The translations under genes and the position numbers were made by a program. A stretch of 64,000 bases of DNA from the human T2T-CHM13v2.0 reference genome, Homo sapiens, in the NCBI RefSeq assembly GCF_009914755.1, contig NC_060932.1; one strand, given 5' to 3'. Shown here piece after piece: positions 29,112 to 47,617 of the stretch; within the stretch, counting starts at the first letter, position 1; the number at the start of each line of letters is the position of its first letter. The notes beneath the pieces are model-generated. The model saw nothing but the letters and a program-made list of their open reading frames with translations. It was not told the origin of the DNA and did not search any database.

Positions 29112-29699
29112 AGCCCCCAAATGTCCTCCTGAGAGTTAGAATATATTCCAGTTCATCTAGGATCAACAAGCATTCTATTAACAACATCTTTCCAACAGTA
29201 ACACAACAGTCTGTGAGTAAACGTAGAGCAGTGACTTTGTCATTGTGCCATTATCTTTTATTTTTAATAGAAACCTATGGCTGCAGAGTAAATTCCCTTA
29301 ATCTTTTTTGAATAAACCAATATTTAAAGATAATGTGATTATATATATAATCAATTCCCATGTACAGCTGCTGACAAATTTAGGGTACTCATATATAACC
29401 TTTTAAAAAGTAAAAGTTCCCTAGAATAAATTAAAGAATTGCCTTAAAAGCTACATAAGGATTTCTCTAGGTAACTTTCGTAGACATGTAGAATACATTA
29501 CAAGGATCAAGAAACTCCAGATCTCAAATTAAATAAAACATATATTGAATGCACTATAAAATCCAGACTGTTTAAAGATGAAGATAAAGTTAGAATAATT
29601 ATAATTTTTGAAATATAGGGAGACATTTTTGAAAGATTCTGGGACTTAACATTTGCTTCAGTTTAGATCTGGCAATAATTACATACGTGAGAGCCAATT

Positions 29700-29905
29700 T
29701 AGTGTGGTGAGTAAGAACATAAATTCTGAAACCAGCCAACCTCAGTTATTTTTCTTGCTTTGCCACCTGCAGCTTTGAGACATTGGATAATCTCTTCATG
29801 CTTGTTTCCTCATCTCCAAAATGAAGATGATAAGAGCATCCACTTCACATGAGGATTAGAGGAGATAATACACATATAGTATTTGAAATGGTTTCTGGCA
29901 TATGG
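29700..29905 (+). mobile_element. MIR
   Basis: agtgtggtgagtaagaacat...gtttcctcatctccaaaatgaagatgataa...tgaggattagaggagataata. Confidence 0.75.
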
Positions 29906-30224
29906 TCAAGGGTTAAAAACTACAAAAGTGATCCTATGAATATGACTTGCCTCTATGCATCATGGTTTTTCCAACTACAAAATAAGAGCTTGAATAAGAC
30001 AAATTTTGAATGTAATTTTCAGTCTTCAAATCTTGACTATTTTTGTTTACACTCGCTGAAAATACTTGAAATCAGTAGAAAAAAAGTGTATTCATTCATT
30101 TATTCATTCATTCAATACACATTTATCTTGTCCCTACTATATTCTAGGTGGTGTACTAGATGCTGATAATACTATGATCAAAGCCTATCCCTGACTTCTA
30201 GGAGCGGATCTAGAAAAATAGCAT

Positions 30225-30450
30225 AAGGTAATTGTCAAGAGCTCAGCCTCTAGAATCACGCTCTCTGAATTTTAGGGTTTTATGACGTTGGACAATTTCC
30301 TTAATTCTCAGTGCCCCAACTTCCTCTCCTTTGAAATGGGAATGATAGTTACAATCCCGTAAATTTATTGTAAGGATCAACTGAGTGAATACAAGTGAAG
30401 CTCATACATGGAACTTGGAGTACCATAAGTATTCGATAAATTCTACTATT
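30225..30450 (+). mobile_element. MIR
   Basis: ctcagtgccccaacttcctctcctttgaaatgggaatgatag...ttgtaaggatcaactgag...aagtattcgataaa. Confidence 0.7.
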
Positions 30451-32275
30451 GTCAGGAGAAGAGTCAGACAGGAAATCAAGCACAGTGTGGTAAGTGTGTT
30501 GATGGTGGGGTGGCGGTGGAGGACTGTGCAGTGCACAGGGAACTAGAGCAGGAAAACAAAGAGGATGCCCAACACATGGGGGGATCAAGAAGGTTTTCCA
30601 GAGGAGCCGATATTTGGTCTCCTATAAAATAATTAAGAGAAGTGGCTGAAAAAGGTAGTTATAATATAGTTAAATATTTCAGTGTGTCAGAGTAAGAGCA
30701 ATAGCTGTTAGTCATTCCTCTTTGTGGGAGAAGTGGGATTTGAGTTGGAATGGAAAGATTCAGACAGGCTCAGTGGGGTTAACTATGTATAAATATACAG
30801 AAGTAAGAATTCAGAATGCTCTAAGAAGCATCAAATATATTCAGAATTAATGTCAGAACTTTATGGACTAAATTACTAATTGTTAAGAAAATATCCATTA
30901 AAAAACAAATGCATTGTTAAAGAAAAGTCCACAAACTGGCAAACTGCTGCATATATTAGTAAGAAATGTTAGGGATGCTTTTTGGCTCTTCCAGGTCTGG
31001 AAATGTTGTTACCTTGTCATAATAAGAACTAATCACAGTGAATTTTTCATTAACAAATATAAAACCAATTGAATTGGACTAATTTAAAAAGCATATATCT
31101 TTAAATTGCATATTATATTTTCATGCACTTTGATTGATGCCGTATTTCACAATAAAACATTTTTAAATGAAAAATACTTCAATGTTAAATATTAAAGTAC
31201 AACTGAATTCATGAAAAGTCACCAAAGATCTACTCTGCTCAATACACACTGAATGACAAGTCTAAGCTTATACTCTGTCTTTAAACATACATCTTCGTTT
31301 TCAAGTAAATGCAAAATAGTACTAAATAGCATCCCTCAAGATTATAGCCATATGCTAGGAAGAATAATCCAGATAACCATATTATTCTCTTGAGAGACTT
31401 GATTCTAAATAGAATCCTAACAGGTAGCATTTCAAATACAATTTTGGGCAAGAGACCACTGTGGTTCTTCTGCCATCACACCACTTACCTAACTCTTCCC
31501 ACAGAGTAACTATCTTCAAATAGGAAGCTGCCAAGTGAACATTAATTTAACATATTGCTAGGAGGTGCAGTTCTAGGAACAAGTTCCAGGAAGGACTTCT
31601 ATCTGGGAGGGCTTTCTAATATTCTCCTCTGGTTAGCCGTTCCACTGTCCTTCCATGAAGAGCCATTCCTGGCATTGATGCATTTGAGCAGAATGCCCAT
31701 CAGGGGCATTGTAATGTGGATTGTGAGAGGTTGGACTAAGAGGTTTTTTGTATGGCGGAAGAAGATGAAATAAAAGACTTAGAAATTTCCACTTAATGTT
31801 AGGATGCAATTCAATTACTTAAATATCCATTTACTGAGTACAAAATATAAATTAGGAATACAAGGTTTTCCTTGGAAGTCCTGTTTATCCTATTGTCTTG
31901 GTGAAATTATTAACAGAGCCCCCTTTCTATCTCAAAAATGCCCATAGTAGGCACTAGAGAATATGATTTTTTAATAAGGGCAGGCCTCAAGGAGTCTGTG
32001 ATCCAGCTCCACAGAGATGGACAACCTGGATTCTATGGCTGGCAAGAATAATTTCTGGTTTTCCAACTAAAGTGGGGTTTTACCCTACTAAAAGCTAGTG
32101 TTATCTATTGCTCCTCAAATTCCAACCCTAAACTTCACAGGCCTGGCCTACTTCATACACTCTGTGTAGGTTAAAGTGAGAATATAATTAAGGAAAGGGA
32201 ATTATTCGTAAAGCCAAGGAAAATCCAAGGATTTCAGCATCTGCATGAACATCGGTTGTTAAAAATTATAATTGA

Positions 32276-32593
<318 letters not shown>

Positions 32594-32659
32594 TTACTCT
32601 CCTGCTCCACCAGTACTACCTTAAGTTAGGACTTCCTTCCCTCTTGCTTGGGCTATAAG

Positions 32660-33925
32660 TACAATGATGAAATGCTAATCTTCATTCATGTCATATTCAA
32701 CATCTTGCTTGGCTGAAGATTTAGAACACAGGTTTGTCAAGTGTGCAGATAAGCAAAGTTGTGATTAAAATTTTAAAATAACTAAAAGAGTGGTTTAGAA
32801 TGTTCCAAACACAAGGAAATGATAAGGTGATAGATACCCCAATTACCTTTATCGATCATTACATATTAAATCCCTCTATCAAAAGATCACATGACCTCAT
32901 AAATAGTTGTACATAGTGGTACAACTATTAAGTACCTATAATGATTTAACATTTTATTTATTCATATATATATATATATAAACTGTTGGAAAAGAGGCTC
33001 AAGATTCTTACAGTTCTCAATGGGCTTGAACAATGAGCCCACCAAAACGTACAATTTAATATAGATAAATTGAAAGATCTACCTTTAGCTTAAAATAAAA
33101 CAAAACAAAAGAGTATGGATAAGAAAGAACAGGTATAAAAGTCGTTCACCTGAAGAAACCTGGGGACTTAATTGGGATTTTATGATCCAGTGGTATGATA
33201 AAGCTACTAAGAATAAAGTCTAGGTTGAAATAAAAGAAGTAGAATGTCCTTGGGACAAAACAGACCTGGTTTTCTGCATTGTTAGGAACACGTGATCTGT
33301 GTTCAGTCCTGAAGATACTGAGCTTAGCTCTACGGTTTAAGGTAAAATTGACCACACAATGGCAATTAAGAACAGATAAAAAAGAAAAGAATGCATAGCT
33401 GGGCAAAAAGGAAATGTTAAGGAGGTAAAATAGTCATCCTAAAGTGCTACAACAACAATAATGATATAATAGCAAGCCATTGATAAATCAGTACTTTCTA
33501 TGTGCTCAAGTGTGCTAGTACTTTAAACAGGTCTGCTTTGACTCTTGCCTAAAGCCTAGATGTTAGACAGCATTAAATCCCTTTTATCAGATGAGAAATC
33601 TGATGCTCGGAAAGAGCAAGTTACCTAAAGCTACTTTTATACCACATGTTTGAAGGCATTTGTGTAGAGGAGAGAAAGACCTATTCTTTCCAGAGGGAAA
33701 TGAATGGAATCTACAACTTGATACAGAAGATAATTTCCTAGAATTATAACTGCAATAGAGTGGAGTTGTCTGCCTCACCTAATAATCAGTTCTCCTTTGT
33801 TGTGCATGATCAAGCCAAGGTGAACTGTTACGAACAGAATCTACAGAAATAAAGTATTCTGTGCTCATTGGGAGGTGGGGCTAAGTAAACTTTAGGTTTC
33901 CATTCAACATTTGGGGTTATGATTC
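32660..33925 (+). mobile_element. L3/CR1 remnant interrupted by an L1MA 3' end and a MIR
   Basis: gtcaagtgtgcagata (xADx RT-like), atttaatatagataaattgaaagatctacctttag, gaagaaacctgggg, and a 3' end ...cattcaac...tatgattctg. Very diverged. Confidence 0.5.
32775..32945 (+). mobile_element. L1MA 3' end fragment
   Basis: aaaataactaaaagagtg...aatgttccaaacacaaggaaatgata...gataccccaattacc...gatcattaca. Confidence 0.75.
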
Positions 33926-36156
33926 TGACACTGAGAAATGGGGTACTTTCGTTGCCTTGCATTATACACTATTTAGGTCAAGTAAAAATCAATCAAATAA
34001 TAAATACATTAAATTAAATTAAAAAGTCAGATCAAACCAGTTGTTAGGCTGAACAGACAGGTCTCTTCAATCAAAATAGTCATTCAAATTATCCTTTGTA
34101 GTCATATCCTTTAATCTACTTCTGTGATTGGTTACATTTCATTTGGATTTCTTATTTTTTAAGGCAATTTTATATCATCTACATATAATATTAATAGCCA
34201 GATTAATAACAGAGCTTTTAACCACAAGGTTATAGAGTATAGTTACTTAAAAATCTGAATGGGCATCTATTATTTCTGAAAATATATTCATACCACAACT
34301 GAAAGAAAATTTTATACAAAGTATGGCAATAGAAAATAAGATCCCTCTTGAACATGCATCTCTCTGGAATATAAATTCCTCAAATATTACAGGAGGCCTG
34401 TTGTAAGTGGAGGGAATCCTCCTGATTGAGATCAAATCACATAGAGTTCACAAGAGAAAGTTACCTGTCCAATTGGTATATTTGAGCTATGTGTACACAA
34501 CCAGTTTTCCTCCCCTGTTCTTGTTAATTGTTTGAGAATCAAATCCAATGGTAAAAAAGAGAATAGTAACTATAGTTGCATGCTTGAAGCAAGAATAGTG
34601 AAATTGGGAGAACCTAGACAAAGTACTTATTAGTTGGTGAGGAAAAACCATAAAACTACAGGGTTTTCTTTATATAGACACAAAGACAGATATAGGCTAT
34701 AGCAATACAAATTTAACTCATTCATTTAGTACTTTTTCTTTGTTTGCAAATATTTATAGTGTCTACCATGTGTCATAGGTGCTAGTGGCAGGCATGAATG
34801 ACTTCCAAGGACCAGTCTCTAGTATCTAGGGTTCACATTTAAGGGAATGCAAAGTACATTTTTAGTACCTGAAGAGTTTATATCTTGACCAAATCCAATC
34901 TTTTATTTTGTATTCTCATTGTCCTGTGTATCTCTTCTCTGCTGTGTTAACATAAAATGATTTGTGTGACCACTTGATTGATATTCAGTTCCTCACTGGA
35001 GTATACATCCATTAGGGTAGAAATGATGTTTGTTTGTGCTCACCTTTGTCTCTAGTGCTTTACCACAATGCTTGGGGGGTACACATGATACCACTCAATA
35101 AATATTCAGTGAATGAATAAATTAATAAATGCAACCTTGGAGAACAAATTGTTATGAACCACAGCCTTTATAAGCCATATGCACCAGCTCTATGACAGGC
35201 TTTGTTATATACAAAGAAAGCATTTGCAGAAAAGTCCATGCCAAAACCATTCTCACACTGTTGGAGAAAAATATCATTAATTATGTCATCTTTGAAAAGA
35301 AAGAATAGCAATAAACCCAGACTACACATCCGCCTTAAATTGGCCAAAATCTCAAATGTTTTTCCATCCCTACTTTATGCAATTTTATCACTGCAATACA
35401 TGCTTTTTTTGTAAAGTTAAGCTAGATTTCTGGCTTTTAAAATTGTACTTCATAAGCTCCTAACACACAACAGGTTTGTCATGAGTTACCAAGCAATAAG
35501 AATTGACATCAGACAATATGGATAACACCATCATACCACATCTTAAAAATACCTTTTCACAAGGCATACAAAAAGATAACGTGATGCAGATTTTGCAGGC
35601 TTGCTTGAGTGTTGCCTTTAACCACTCTATGTAGGTTTAAAATGAGTAGACAATATTCCACAATTGATCTGTGTACAATCTGTAAAATGTTCCTTATAAC
35701 TGTTATAGAATAGAGGCATCAAAACCATATCCATATTCACAAAACAAAATGCTTTACAGATCTGATGTAATATTTTTAAAGTTTGAGAATATTTTGTTTT
35801 ACAATAAATATTCAATAAAATGATATAGTTCTGATTTCTTGTTATAGTACAATATGTAGCCCTTTTAATGATTGACAAAGGAAATTAATATGTTTTTGAA
35901 AGAAAAATTCTATATATCCTAAGCTTTCTTACTCAATTTTGAAGACTTTAGTTTCAAGGGCTTGAAACAAAGACATTTATAGAGGTTGTAATTATTATGT
36001 TAAGTATGTGCTGTTGGCAAACTTACTAATTTTTTATTTGCATTACTGCAGGAGGATAATAGAATACATCAGATTATAGCTAATGCATCCTCAGTGACCT
36101 GGCAAATTCATTTTTCTATGTTCACAAAGGTCTGGTTTTTACAAGCATAAACTTTC

Positions 36157-37207
36157 TTTGTAGATTCTAGATATTAGCCCTTTGTCAGATGGATAGATTG
36201 CAAAACTTTTCTCCCATTCAGTAGGTTGCCTGTTCACTCTGATGATAATTTCTTTTGCTGTGCAGAAGCTCTTTAGTTTAATTAGATCCCATTTGTCAAT
36301 TTTGGCTTTTGTTGCCATTTCTTTTGGTGTTTTAGAAATTTACAAGAAAAAAACAAACAACCCCATCAAAAAGTGGGCAAAGGATATGAACAGACACTTC
36401 TCAAAAGAAGACATTTATCCAGCCAACAAACATATGAAAAAAAGCTCATCATCACTGGTCATTAGAGAAATGCAAATCAAAACCACCATGAGATACCATC
36501 TCGTACCAGTTAGAATGGCAATCATAAAAAGTCAGGAAACAACAGATGCTGGAGAGGATGTGGAGAAGTAGGAACACTTTTACACTGTTGGTGGGAGTGT
36601 AAATTAGTTCAACCATTGTGGAAGACAGTGTGGCAATTCCTCAAGGATCTAGAATCAGAAATACTATTTGACCCAGCAATTCTATTACTGGGTAGATACC
36701 CAAAGATTATAAATCATTCTACTATAAAGACACATGCCCACGTATGTTTATTGTGGCACTGTTTGCAATAGCAAAGACCTGGAACCAACCCAAATGCCCA
36801 TCAATGATAGACTGGATAAAGAAAATGTGGCACATATACACCATGGAATACTATGCAACCATAAGAAAGAATGAGCTCATGTCCTTTGCAGGGACATGGA
36901 TGAAGCTGGAAACCATCATTCTCAGCTTTCTGTGCAAACTAACACAGAAGCAGAAAACCAAACAGTGCATGTTCTCACTCGTAAGTTGGAGTTGAACAAT
37001 GAGAACACATGGACACAGGGAGGGGAACATCACACACTGGGGCCTGTCAGGCTGTGGGGGGACTAGGGGAGGGATAGCATTAGAAGAAATACCTAATGTA
37101 GATGACAGATAGATGGGTGCAGAAAACCACCATAGCACATGTATACCTATGTAACAAACCTGCACGTTCTGCACATGTACCCCAGAACTTAAAGCTAAAA
37201 AAACAAA
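36157..37207 (+). mobile_element. 5'-truncated L1PA (L1PA7/8-like) with 5' inversion
   Basis: 36157-~36335 is antisense L1 ORF2. ~36336-37207 is the sense ORF2 end, 3'UTR and A-tail. TSD aa[g/t]cataaactttc at 36143-36156 and 37208-37221. Confidence 0.93.
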
Positions 37208-37564
37208 AATCATAAACTTTCCTGCATATCACTGTCCTGTCACCCATAAACATTAGAAAGTGTCACATATTTCAGTATGATTTTAAAGCATTCTTCAGAT
37301 TGGCGACGTTTGAATGTATTTTTTTGCAGGCCTTTTACTTTTCAAGTGACTCACTGTAAGGAGCAAGCACTGCTTAGCTTAGCTATTCTCAGATTTTTAA
37401 TGAGAAAATATTCATGTTACAATAGAATTATCTGATTTATCATCTTAAGGTCTGTAGAAATCCATTGCATACCACAACCATACTTGTCTATCAAATTCAG
37501 AGCAGCAAACATAGGATTTGTTTGTGTGTTTGCTTATTTATTTATTTCCTCAATTTATTAACTA

Positions 37565-38082
37565 ATAGCTATACTTTTCAGATTTCCTGATGTTATTTTT
37601 TGGTCCATAATCCCATCCAGAATACCACACTACATTTACTTATTATGTCTCTTTAGGCTCCTCTTGCTTTTTTGATGACCTAAACATTTTAGAGGAATAC
37701 TTTATAGGTATTTTGTAGAAATAATGTCCCTAAATTGAGAGTTTTCTAATATTTTTCTCATGATTAGATTAAAGTTATGGGTTTTGAAAAAGAGAACACA
37801 GAATAAAAGTGCCATTCTGTAGTATTGTCATAACATTGGCAAGCAGACATACTATCAACATGACTTATCTCTGTTGACATTGACTTTGATTACTTGGCTT
37901 GAGGTCATGTTTGTCAAGTTTCTCCAGTGCAAAGTTACTCTTTTTCTGTCTTCCATTACAGTGCTCTTTAGAAGAACCACTATGAGCCATCCACACTTAA
38001 TGAGTGAGGAGTTATGCTCACCTCCTTGGCGATAGAGAAGCTACATAAACTATTTTAAATTCTTCTGCATAGGAGGTTTTTT
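37565..38082 (-). mobile_element. L1MC-type 3' end fragment
   Basis: atcccatccagaataccacactacattta...gtattttgtagaa...ttctcatgattagatt...gttatgggtttt...tttctccagtgcaaagttact. Confidence 0.75.
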
Positions 38083-39554
38083 CACTGTATTTGAAGAAGG
38101 GAATCTTAAAGCAATCATCTGACTATCAACAAACCTTATAGGCTAAGAAAGGTACTTAACGTTTGTTGGGTACCGTTCTTAAGAAAAATATTTAAAAATA
38201 AGAAATGGCTATAATTTGTTAAACATATTCTATATACCAAGCTTTGTTATTAGGCATGCTGTGATTCTCATCTCATAAAACCACTATAGGAACCTTAGGA
38301 GGAAACCATTATTATTCTCATTTCATAGACACAGAAATTTGAAGTTAAACAGGTAAAGCAGCCTGCTCAATAAACACCTATAATCCATCACTTGCTGAAA
38401 GGAAAACTACTCACACATACACACACTCACACACACATACATATAAGAACATTATGTCTTATAAAATAACACCTTCCCATACAACAAAAGCAGGAAGCAT
38501 GGCAGAGTGTGATTTATCTTTTTGTTAAAGAAGAAAAGTGTTGGCTAATTGGAGGTTTGTAATTTTGCCCCATTTATTTCCCATCATAAAGAATGTAAAT
38601 GACTCCCCCATCTCCACTACCACCAGTACTGGATATCCCTGGTTTGAGCTCTTCAATTCTCCAGGGGTTGTGGTCATTTAAGTGAATAAGACTTCATGAC
38701 ATAAAATCATGAGAATGCAAGAAGAGTATGGGTTTTTAAGAGAATGTAAATTTCCCATTGAGCCTACTTTATTTCTAGGCATAAATATGTGTTTGCTTAA
38801 ATATCCACATGGTTGATGTAACAAAACCATTATTCTTTCTCAGCAAACATGGAATTTCTGTTTTCACAGAACCAGGTTTCTATTCAAACATTTTATCATA
38901 AACTGGCAGAACTACCAAAGCATGCACAGTCTTAATATTAATCAGGAATTTCTTTTTCCTATACAAGTCACAAAAAGCTTTATAAAGCATGATCCGCTTG
39001 CTATATGATGAAAAGCATTTCACAGTTTGCTATTACAGAATTCACATGCCTGCAAACATGTAATGACCCAATTGAAAACACAAGGTCAGAGTCAGGTTGT
39101 CTAAAAAAAAAGCTCATATGAGACATCTTGGTGAGCAAATAAATATCACTTAATGTACCTTAATGCCTCTCAGACAGACTCTTAGTACTTAAATTATTCT
39201 TCACTGAATTTGTTAATAATTTTATTTTCAAAATGGAACCATAGAGCTTTACTTTTTCAGTAGGATTCACTCAATTCTGAAGGATCAAACAGACTTAAAA
39301 GAATAAAATCATGCCTTTAGGTAAATATGTATGTAACACTAATGGAACAGTGCAGTGTATATCCTGCCCGATAGTATTGTACTGTACAAGTGTGTCTGTT
39401 TAAGTGGACACAAGTCACAATGTAAGGCTCATTACCCTTAGACTTAGTAAGTAATTTAACTCAAGTCCTGAACATTCTCTGCTGTAAAACCTGCAAATGC
39501 ATAGGGATTTGCAAAGGGAACGGGAATGGAATGTGAGACAAATGAAACTTAATT

Positions 39555-42255
<2,701 letters not shown>

Positions 42256-43893
42256 TTTGAAAGCACCTTAGGATCGTCGTTTCCTCCTCACATTTAGAAA
42301 AATGAGAATGGAATCAATCTCATGTTATGTAATATTAAGAATTCCTTGTAAAGTCATCTGAAATTAAACAGCTCCATATGACACAAATGCAGAAATATTT
42401 GCTTTTTTAAAATTTAGTACGTATTGCCTGAGCAAAGCACTCTTGTGATGACCCCAGTTCTAAAATCCTAGTATTATCTTTGATGAAGACTTCTGGTTTA
42501 TTTTTATTTACTTATGTTCATTATGATTTTCCCCTCAGAATTCAACCTTTTCCCTAGTTCTCTAGCTGCTTCTCCATCCTTTTATCTGCTTGCTTATTTC
42601 TGTATTACTTTAAGGAAGTGTCAGGGCTGTGTGGGCCACTCTCCATAGCACCCCAGCTTCCAATTATCCACCCTTGCATAATGCAACCACAGAATCCAAA
42701 CCCGTTGTTTCACTACTACTACTGTTTATGCCTATGTCCTTTAAAAGTTTGACAGTAAGTTTCTATCATTTTATTTGTCACCTTACCTGTAAAATTCCAT
42801 TCCCTAAAACTGAATTGCCTGACCTATCACACCTACTCATTCATTTATCCCTGCAGTCATATGTCCATTCACCTCTCCATCCATTCGTTTATTAACTACA
42901 ATATGGAGGATGGAGCGGGAGAGAGTTAGGGAATTTGTTGGGTCACAGTTTGCACAAAGTTAAGGAAGAGAAATAAATCATGATATTGTAACAGAACTGC
43001 TACATTTAGACGTGGCTGGAACATAAAGAACAATGGAGAAATTGTGAAAGATGAGACTGGAGTAGTAAGCCAGGGCCAGCTTATAAAGATAGATTTAAGA
43101 GTTTGAACTTCATTCTGAGGATACCATGGGTCCGTGTGTTTTCACTACGGCAATGTCATGATTGGTTCTAAATTTTTGAAAAGCTCTGGCTGTCAATATA
43201 ATTTGCACTGGGATAGATATTAAGATCTTGTGAAGTAATTTCATACTTATCATCTCACATAATCATAACTTCATTAATCTCTCTCTCAAGTATTTATTCC
43301 TGCTTTCTTTGCCACATTAAGTCTTGGAGAAATTAATCTTGATTTTATATTCTATAAAACTAGCTCATTCACTTTCCTTCTGTTTTATAACTTACTTCTG
43401 TTCATCTCAAACAAAATTTCTTATATGTATTTCTTCCTTTGAAAAAAAAGAATAAAATTAGCCAAGGATTTTGGACTACCCCGACCCAATTTCTTTCTCT
43501 GTAATTCACCGTTTTGGGTGCTTTCAACATAAGTCTTTACATGAAAGTAAAGACAAGGGAAAGTAAGAAATAAAAATTGGTATAAAATGAATAAATGACC
43601 ATGACATGAGTAAAGTAAATTGAGAGCTGGTCTTACAGGAAGAAAGCTGCTTCGGTAGTAAAAAATGAAGTTACCAATGGAAAAACCCTGTTCCAAAATA
43701 TTTCTCCTGTTTTTTTTTTTTCTACAAGATTCTGCTACTATTTCTAAAGATCTTTTTATATTTGTTTTCTCTGCAACAGTTATTTTGAAAAATAATGAAA
43801 ATTTTAATATGGTCAAAATTTCATGGAGTCAAGATCCCATCTGTTTTACATCACTCCTGCTTCTTTTATTTGGCCTCAGTCTAAATATACCTA

Positions 43894-44214
<321 letters not shown>

Positions 44215-46898
44215 GATTGCTTTGATTATAAAAGTGTCAATGCTTATATTGTACAATACACATAATCTTCATAAAAGAGAAAATGTTTAAAACTCTTCAA
44301 TTTTTCCATTAAAAATTATTCATTGTGAATGTTTTGGGTATGTTCCTTGTCAATAGTTTTATGTGCATGCCTACAAATGCACAGTGATCTTCCACCCACC
44401 CCACACACAAACTCAGTGCTATTACATACATACAGCTTTTATAAATTGAGGACAATAACAGTATGTGTGTATAGAGTTGTGAGAATGAAATAAAATAATA
44501 TCCTAAAGTATCTGTCCCAGAGTTTGGTTCATACTAAGTGCCCAAAATATTAGCTATTATTTCAGTTATTCAGGTATATAACCTACTTGTTCACACAACA
44601 TCTGGTGGGCATCTTCTCTTTTTAAAACGTGATTTTAACAGTTGCAGTCATGGGGTCACTGAAGACATGATCTTTCGTCAGAGGGTCCCGGATTGGAGTG
44701 TCTTAACGGTTCTGCCACTTACTGCTTGTGGGAGCTTGTATGTGATTTCCTTATTCAAAGATTGTGGGTAATGTTTATCTTCCAGATTTTTTTTTTGTTT
44801 TGGGGATTAGAGATCATGTGTGCAAGGTATTGAAACAAATACCAAATAAATAATACCTATTGTTTCCTGTGTTCCTGCTATGGTGGCTGCAATGAGCATG
44901 TTCATATATGTTGCTTTTTCCTTCTGTTAAATTATTTCCTTGGGAATGATTCCCAGAAATTGGATTACTGAGTTAAAAGATTTGAAAATAGCTATGTTCT
45001 TTGTATTTACTGTTATGCTCTTTTCCAAAAAGTTTCAACCAATATGTAATGTAATAAGCAAAGCACCTCATATATTTAAAGAATGTTCCTATACCTGTTT
45101 CATTCAAGTCCAGATTCTATGCTCATCACTTAAGAAGGGGAAAATCTGGGATAGATTTTACTGCAGGAATTTCAAACCACTGGGAACTGAACAGATGGTG
45201 CTAACTCATTTTACGTTTGAGAGATCACCAGTCAGCCATGCTCAGTAACAGCTTTCAGAAACATCTGGATTCAAACTTACAGCCTAAACATGACAGGTTA
45301 AGTAGCATAGAGTTATAAAATAACTTCATGACTAGATTCTCAAAAATCCAAATTCCCAGAGATTTTTATGATTTTTAATGATCAGAAAAATTTCAAACAA
45401 TGTAAGCATTAAGAATCACATAAACTATATAGCACTTCAATTTGATATTGTGGAATTCAGAGTGTGGATGGTCTATGAAGCTTTTAAAAATACTATTCTG
45501 TAGATATAAAAATACTAACAACAATTTTACTCAAAGGAGCACAAAAATATATGCAGTCTTCCAGTTATATTTATTAAATCTTACTAAACTTATGTGAAAC
45601 TGAAATAGTTAACTTTTTGAGAATAGACAGAGGCAATAAAAAAATTTGCCTAAAAACAAACCTTATGACATTTTTATCCATGTCATAAGTCTTACTGGAA
45701 TGCAATCTTCTGGAAGGCAGACCTCAGGTCTAATACATTGTTTTTCAATGCCTGTTATAGTGATAGGCACTGCATGTATGCCTAAGTAAATGGTGACTGT
45801 TCCAGTCACTGCTATTGATTTAATATAAAGGGGAGTCTTCAAAAAGCTCATGGAAAGTGCATAATATGAAAAAACTATGCATGGGTTTAAAAATGTTTGC
45901 CCAAAATACATTTGTACTAACTTGTAACCTATCTGAACAGGATCTAGTTTGAGGCACTAAGAAGAATAAGGTATCTATTTAAAAGAGCCCTTATTAAAAC
46001 AACATAAATTCTGCTAAAATTGAAGCAAGAACAAACATCAAATTCATGGTGAAGTTTGGTTGGAAGAATGGTGAAATCATTAATGCTTTACAAAAATTTT
46101 ATGGGGACAATGCTCCAAAGTAATCAGCAGTTTACAAATGGATAACTCATTTTAAGGGACAAGAAAATGTTGAAGATGAAGCCTGCAGCAGCAGACTATC
46201 CACACACATAGAATTTTTTCTTTGTTTATGCCCTAATTGAAGGGGATCGATGACTAACAGCATGAACAATAGCCAACATCACAATCATTTCAATTTATTT
46301 GGCTTACACATCTGACTGAAAAATTAAAATTGAGCAAATTTTCCACTCAACTTCATGGGTACAAAACCATATAACCTAGATCAACTATAGACAAGAGCAG
46401 AGTTTTCAATGGAAATTTTAATTTAAACAAGTGGGATTGAGATCCTAAAGCTTTCTTTGAAGAATTGTAACAGGAGATAGAACATGGCTTCACCAATATG
46501 ATCCTGAAGATAAAGCACAATCAAAGCAATGGCTACTGAGAGGTGGAAGTGGTCCAGTCAAAGAAAGAGTGGACCAGTCAAAAGCAAAGGCCATGGCAAT
46601 AGTTTTTTTGGATCTTCAAGGCATTTTATTTGTTGACTTTCTGGAGGACCAAAGAACCATAACATCTGCTTATTATGAGAGTGTTTTGAGAAAGTTTGCC
46701 AATGCTTAGCATGGAAACATCCAGAGAAACTTCAGCAGAGTCCTTCTTCACAACCACAATGCTCGTGCTAATTCATCTCATCAAACAAGGGCAATTTTTC
46801 AAGACTTTCCATGAAAAAGCATTAGGCATCCACCTTACAGTCCTGATTTGGCTCTTTCTGACTTTTTTGTTTCTTACTCTTTAAAAATCTGTAAAAGG

Positions 46899-47232
<334 letters not shown>

Positions 47233-47233
47233 C

Positions 47234-47617
47234 TATATTAGTCCAATCTCATGCTGCTATGAAGAAATACCCGAAACTGGGTAATTTATAAAGAAAAGAG
47301 GTTTAACTGACCCGCAGTTCCCAGTGTCTGGGGGGAGGCCTCAGGAAACTTACAATCTTGGCAGAAGGCATCTCTTCACAGGGCTGCAGGAAAGAGAATG
47401 AGTCCCGAGCGAAGGGGGAAGCCCCTTATAAAACCATCAGATTCCGTGAGAACTCACTCACTATCGTGAGAACTCACCCACTCTCATGAGAACAGCATGG
47501 GAAAACTGCCCCCATAATCGAATTCACCTCCTATGAGGTCTCTCCCACAACACGTGGGGATTATAGGAACTACAATTCAAGATGATATTTGGGTGGGGGC
47601 ACAGCCAAACCATATCA
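47234..47617 (-). mobile_element. THE1 (THE1C-like) solo LTR inside HSMAR2
   Basis: Ends ...acagccaaaccatatca, with 5-bp TSD ggtac at 47229-47233 and 47618-47622. Contains a ~20-bp tandem duplication of cgtgagaactcac.... Confidence 0.92.

Noticed and set aside
42781-42795. Recursive-splice-like motif TTTTACAG|GTAAGG on the minus strand (also TAG|GTAAGT near 31487)
   Set aside because: The polypyrimidine tracts are too short or absent, and such motifs are frequent. It cannot be supported without nascent RNA data.
43421-43816. 131-aa minus-strand ORF, and others of 100-120 aa (for example 51187-51552 and 21375-21686)
   Set aside because: AT-rich composition, no recognisable domain and no exon structure. 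The lengths are within chance expectation.
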